Source of the DNA: Microcoleus sp.
Lineage (GTDB): Bacteria > Cyanobacteriota > Cyanobacteriia > Cyanobacteriales > Microcoleaceae
Direction: 5' to 3'
Assembly (NCBI GenBank): GCA_052279835.1
Contig: CP181291.1
Span: 4,640,001-4,704,000, forward strand
Length of the DNA: 64,000 nucleotides
In this document: piece by piece, positions 59,701-64,000 of the stretch
Position numbering within the stretch: position 1 is the first letter of the stretch
How the letters are laid out: every line of letters begins with the position of its first letter
The notes under the pieces: generated by a model
Told to the model about the DNA's origin: nothing
Databases searched by the model: none
What the model saw: only the letters and a program-made list of their open reading frames with translations
Made by a program: the position numbers and the translations under genes

Positions 59701-62700
59701 AGATCTTCAGCCACCCGATAGCTTTCACCCGACAAGCAACTCGGATCGCTAGAATCACCCAGCAGATTTAAAGTCGCTTGATGGTAGATCTGGATGTAAA
59801 GAGAGCCATTTTTTTGGTTAAAAGGAGCGATCGCGGTTATAAAAGAACGAATTTCTGCTTCTGCTTCCCTTAAGTTATCCCCTGTCCCAGTAACGATTGT
59901 AAGAATGAACCAAAGCAGCCCAAGCAGCATATTCTACATCTCCCGTTTCTAAACCGCTCTGGTAAGCTATTAACAGCGCTGGCATCGTATCCGTGATGCG
60001 ATCGCGCCAATGGCTGACAAACGTATAAGTCATAAATAGCACTTTCGCTCTCAAATCCGTCGCGTTAAAACGCTCTAGTAATTGCAGAGAAAGTTGTCCA
60101 AATTGATAGCCTCCTTCAATATCCATGAGTATGCCGCAGAGGATCAGTCCATACCAAGCGTAGCCAAAAGCTGAGAGAGCCGTATTGCCATACCGTACCG
60201 ACAAATTAACCCGCTCAAATACCAGTAGCGGCATCAACTTCGGAGCACAAAGATAGGCAGCAGAAGCAGCACTAGATAGAATTCGCATCGCTGCCAATTT
60301 GTTAGCATTTGTCATGTTTGGCAGATTCGTCAACTGTTCCGGTTTCTTGTTACCCAGAATCAACTTAGTTTTGGCTAAACCCAGCAATACGTGAGCCTGA
60401 GTCGGGTTTTTGGGAAGCCGAATCCCCAACTGTCCAAGCACATCAATTGCTGTGTAAATACCATTCTGGGGCTGGCCTTGGGCAAGGTAAGCGAGGATTT
60501 GAATCTCGTAAGCACTAACTTTGTCAATCAGTTGGTTTGCTTGTTGCAAAATCACACTAACTAGCTGTTGTACCTGTTCAAATTGGCTGCATAAATACGC
60601 TGCTTCCGCTGCCAAATTGTGCAGTGCCAGCGTCAGAGTATATTGTTTTTGCCAGCTATGGGCTGGTAAGCTGCTAATACCTGTATTCACAAATATTAAG
60701 GCCGCGTCAAAGGCGGCCGCAGCTTTTGCAGTTTTCCCAGCCTGCAAGTTCAGCGAGGCTAATTCATAACGTGCTGTTTCATCCGAAATCAGCCCGCGGG
60801 CAAAGTTGAAATGACCGACAATATCAAAAATTCGTTCTTGACGTTGAGTTTCATTACTTTTTTGCAGCAACAGTTGTCCTATTTTCAGGTGAGTCGCTTG
60901 TTTTCGATCTTCGGGAATCAGGAAATAAGCAGCTTGTTGGACGCGATCGTGTAGAAATTTGTAGTTAGGTAATTGAGGGTTGGTTGTTGGCAATATTCCG
61001 GTTGTTTCTCGCTCTTCTTTTCCTTGATAAAACTTGTAAATTTCACTGGTTGGCAAGATGAATCCTTCTTGCAATGATTTCCACAAATTTGCAGCAGTTT
61101 CTTCGGAAAATTTCTCGCTGACTACCGCTAATGTATTCAAATCAAACTGCGCTCCAATGCACGCAGCCAACTTGAGTACATCCTGAGTTTCTGGTGGCAA
61201 TTTCTGCAATTGCAGCGACATAAATTCCACCACATCATCACTGATAGTTAGGGCTTTAACTTTGGCAATATCGCACTGCCACCCCCCTTGATTTGCCCAA
61301 GGCTGTTTCATTTTTTGTAGGGGTAGGGACGCACCATCCACTACGCCTACAAAACTCTGGTTTTCCGTAGGGGTAATCCCCCCGTGGTTGCCCTCGTGGA
61401 CGGTGGTGGAGTTAAAAGAAATTAGCCCATCTTCCTGTAGCGATTTGAGAAATTGGGTGGCAAAAAATGGATTGCCTTTGGTTTTTTGATAAACTAACTC
61501 GGTTAACGGCTCAGCCAAAGGGCGATCGCACGAGAGAGTATCTGCAATCAAATCGTTAATATCGGCTTGACTCAATGGCTGCAAGGTCATAGTATTTACT
61601 ACTGTTCCTGAAGCAGCAATTTCTGCTACCGCCAACATAAACGGATGAACCGGCGATACTTCGTTATCCCGATAGGCCCCTATTACCAATAAGTTTTGGC
61701 TATCTTTTTCGCCCAGCAACAGTTGCAAAAGCTTGAGGGATGCTGAATCTGACCACTGTAAATCATCCAAAAATATCACTAAGGGATGTTCTTTTGTGGT
61801 AAAGACAGAGATAAATTTTTGAAATACTAAATTGAAGCGGTTTTCGGCAGCACTTCCCAAAAGTTCTGAGACAGGCTGTTGTTTGCCAATAATTCGTTCT
61901 AGTTCAGGAATTACTTCTACAACAACTTGACCGTTTTCGCCAACAGCCTGCTGAATTTGGGTTTGCCATTCCTGAAGTTGAGCATCGCTTTCTGACAATA
62001 ATTGCCCCATTAAATCTCGGAAGGCTTGCACAAAAGCACTAAAGGGAATGTTGCGTTGAAATTGGTCATATTTGCCTTTGATGAAATAACCGCGCTGGCG
62101 AAACTATGGGTTTGTGAACTTCGTTGACTACAACGGTTTTGCCAACGCCGGAAAATCCTGCAACTAACATCATTTCGCTGCGGGATAGATTCGATCCCCC
62201 CCAGCCCCCCTTAATAAGGGGGGAGCCTTCTTTTCCCTCGTTCCCAGGCTCTGTTCCCTCGTTCCCAGGCAGAGCCTGGTAACGCATTTCCAGAGGCTCT
62301 GCCTCGCGATTTAGCCCCTTAATAAGGGGGGAGCCTTCTTTTCCCTCGTTCCCCTCGTTACCAGGCAGAGCCTGGTAACGCATTTCCAGAGGCTCTGCCT
62401 CGCGATTTAGTTGAGAAAGAATAGGCACTGAAAGAGGAGACAGAGCCTCCTGATATTTATTCCTAGGCGGAGCCTGGGAACTAGATTCTGCCTGGGAATG
62501 AGGGTTTGCTACTCGATCGAATGCGGCTAATAATTCAGCTACTTCGCTCTCTCTCCCGTAAAGTTTTTCGGGTATAATGAAGCGATCGCAAATATCATTT
62601 TCACCCAAAACAAACCCTTGAATTTCACCACTTTCTTGTAACTGAGCCTGACAAATCTTTAAATCGTGCTTCAGCCCCAAGGCACTCTGATAGCGGTTTT

Positions 62701-63508
62701 CCGCATTCTTCTCCATTAGTTTACTGACAATTTCCGATAAAACTAGCGGAATCTCAGGATTGATTTGAGTGGCGGGAATTGGCTGCTTAGCGAGATGACA
62801 ATGCACCAATTCCATTGGCTCTTGGGAAATAAATGGTAATTGACCCGTTAATAATTCGTAGCAGGTAACGCCCAGGGAATAAAAGTCGCTGCGGTAGTCA
62901 ATGCCGCGATTCATTCTCCCTGTTTGTTCTGGGGAGAGATAGGGGAGAGTTCCTTCCAGAATCTGGGGATTAGAGATTTCTTGGGTTTCTTTCGGTAGCA
63001 AGGAAGCGATACTAAAATCAATAATTTTTAATTGTTTGGTATCTGGATTAATCAGAATATTAGCGGGCTTGATATCTTTATGAATTACTCGATTTTGAGA
63101 AAGATAGTGCAGAATATCTGTGAGTTGTAAAGCTAAGTTAAGAAATTCTGCTAAAGGTAAAATTTTATGAAATTGGTTTTGCTCTGTGTCGGCTGGCTGT
63201 TGCGGATCGCCCTTGAGATAAGCAGACAGGGAGACTCCACCAAAATCTTCCATAATTAGGGCATAGCTATTGCCGTAGGCTTCTAGACTTAGGGGTTTGA
63301 CGATGCTGGGTAGGTTGAGATTTTTGGCGATCGTATATTGATTGCGAAATTGCACCAATTCGTTAAAATTGGGCAAGGGATTGTTTAGCAGCTTAATAAC
63401 GACTGCTTGCCCATCCGTCTCTCGGATACCCCTATACACCAAGGTTCGCAAACCTACATAAAGTTGTTCTAGTATCTGATAACCTGATAAATTAGCGATC
63501 GCATCCAT
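56775..63508 (-). CDS. Ser/Thr kinase-AAA ATPase-GAF-PAS-histidine kinase (HstK-type), split by two +1 frameshifts (pseudogene or sequencing error)
   Basis: HKDIKPAN, SPEQTGRMN, GFSGVGKT, LDDLQW, HDRVQQAAY, GAF, AHEINNP, GTGLGL; shifts at 62101-62103 and 59886-59888. Confidence 0.88.
62206..62410. repeat. ~100-bp tandem duplication of palindromic repeat inside kinase gene
   Basis: CCCCTTAATAAGGGGGGAG...CCAGGCAGAGCCTGG...GCGATTTAG twice; encodes REAEPLEMRYQALPGNEG x2. Confidence 0.85.
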
Positions 63509-63764
63509 AGGTTAGTCATCCTTCATATTTATCAAATAATCCTCACCTAAGCTCCAGCCAAATTTGCACCCTTATCTACTATGTTATACTAGGTTTAATG
63601 AAAAAAATACAGTCATTTTTAATGCGTCCCCAGTAGTCCTCCCAGACTTATTAAAAAGTCGGGGATCGGAGTAGATTAATTTTATGCCTAATTCCTGATT
63701 CCTACCATCAATTACATCGGTGTTCAAGCTATGTTAAGGCGGGATCGCCCGGATTGCAATCGCC

Positions 63765-64000
63765 TCATGTCTGCAAACTTAAACGCCGTTTTTTATCCAG
63801 ATACTGCTGGTGATAATCTTCAGCCATATAAAACTCACCAGCAGGTTGAATTTCCGTAGCAATATCTTTATCATATTTCCCTGATAATTGCAGCTTGTGT
63901 TTAGAGAAGCGCGCCGCTTTTTCTTGTTCTAAATTGTGATAAAAAATTACCGACCTGTACTGTTCTCCCCGATCGGGCCCTTGGCGGTTGATTTGAGTAG
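63765..64000 (-). CDS. msrA: peptide-methionine (S)-S-oxide reductase, 3' part
   Basis: Manual translation: [18 protein letters not shown]...[14 protein letters not shown]. Confidence 0.93.
   Translation of the reverse strand, partial: TQINRQGPDRGEQYRSVIFYHNLEQEKAARFSKHKLQLSGKYDKDIATEIQPAGEFYMAEDYHQQYLDKKRRLSLQT

Noticed and set aside
1..64000. CRISPR array or cas genes
   Set aside because: No regularly spaced direct repeats with unique spacers; repeats seen are MITE/REP/STRR types
1..64000. Frequent GCGATCGC octamers as a novel signal
   Set aside because: This is HIP1, common in cyanobacteria

Overview
Window from a filamentous cyanobacterium (Oscillatoriales/Microcoleus-like), inferred from dense HIP1 GCGATCGC sites, photosynthesis genes and heptamer repeats. 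1-13.2 kb is an accessory, defence-like island: a TIR gene divergent from two tandem paralogous DUF4231/SLATT 2TM proteins fused to different predicted peptidoglycan hydrolases, an XRE pair, TA-like modules, an RTX protein inside a ~460-bp direct repeat, an orphan DNA methyltransferase and a PIN toxin whose antitoxin carries a stop. 13.5-41.1 kb is mostly core: ndhCKJ, rubA-ycf48-psbEFLJ, a porin, ComFB, an rfpBAC-like phytochrome phosphorelay, a decayed IS200/IS605, cikA, gamma-TMT, ktrBA, probable 6S RNA, a PEP-CTERM gene, tldD and a hik2-like kinase. 41.1-56.7 kb is a PPTase plus three-module NRPS cluster (predicted Ile / N-Me-Leu / Phe-TE) bracketed by inverted copies of a ~125-bp MITE. 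56.8-64 kb holds a large Ser/Thr kinase-AAA-GAF-PAS-His kinase with two +1 frameshifts and a partial msrA. Several palindromic mini-elements sit in frame inside coding sequences. The best novelty candidate is the SLATT-peptidoglycan hydrolase pair beside the TIR gene. All calls are from motif reading only; no searches were run.
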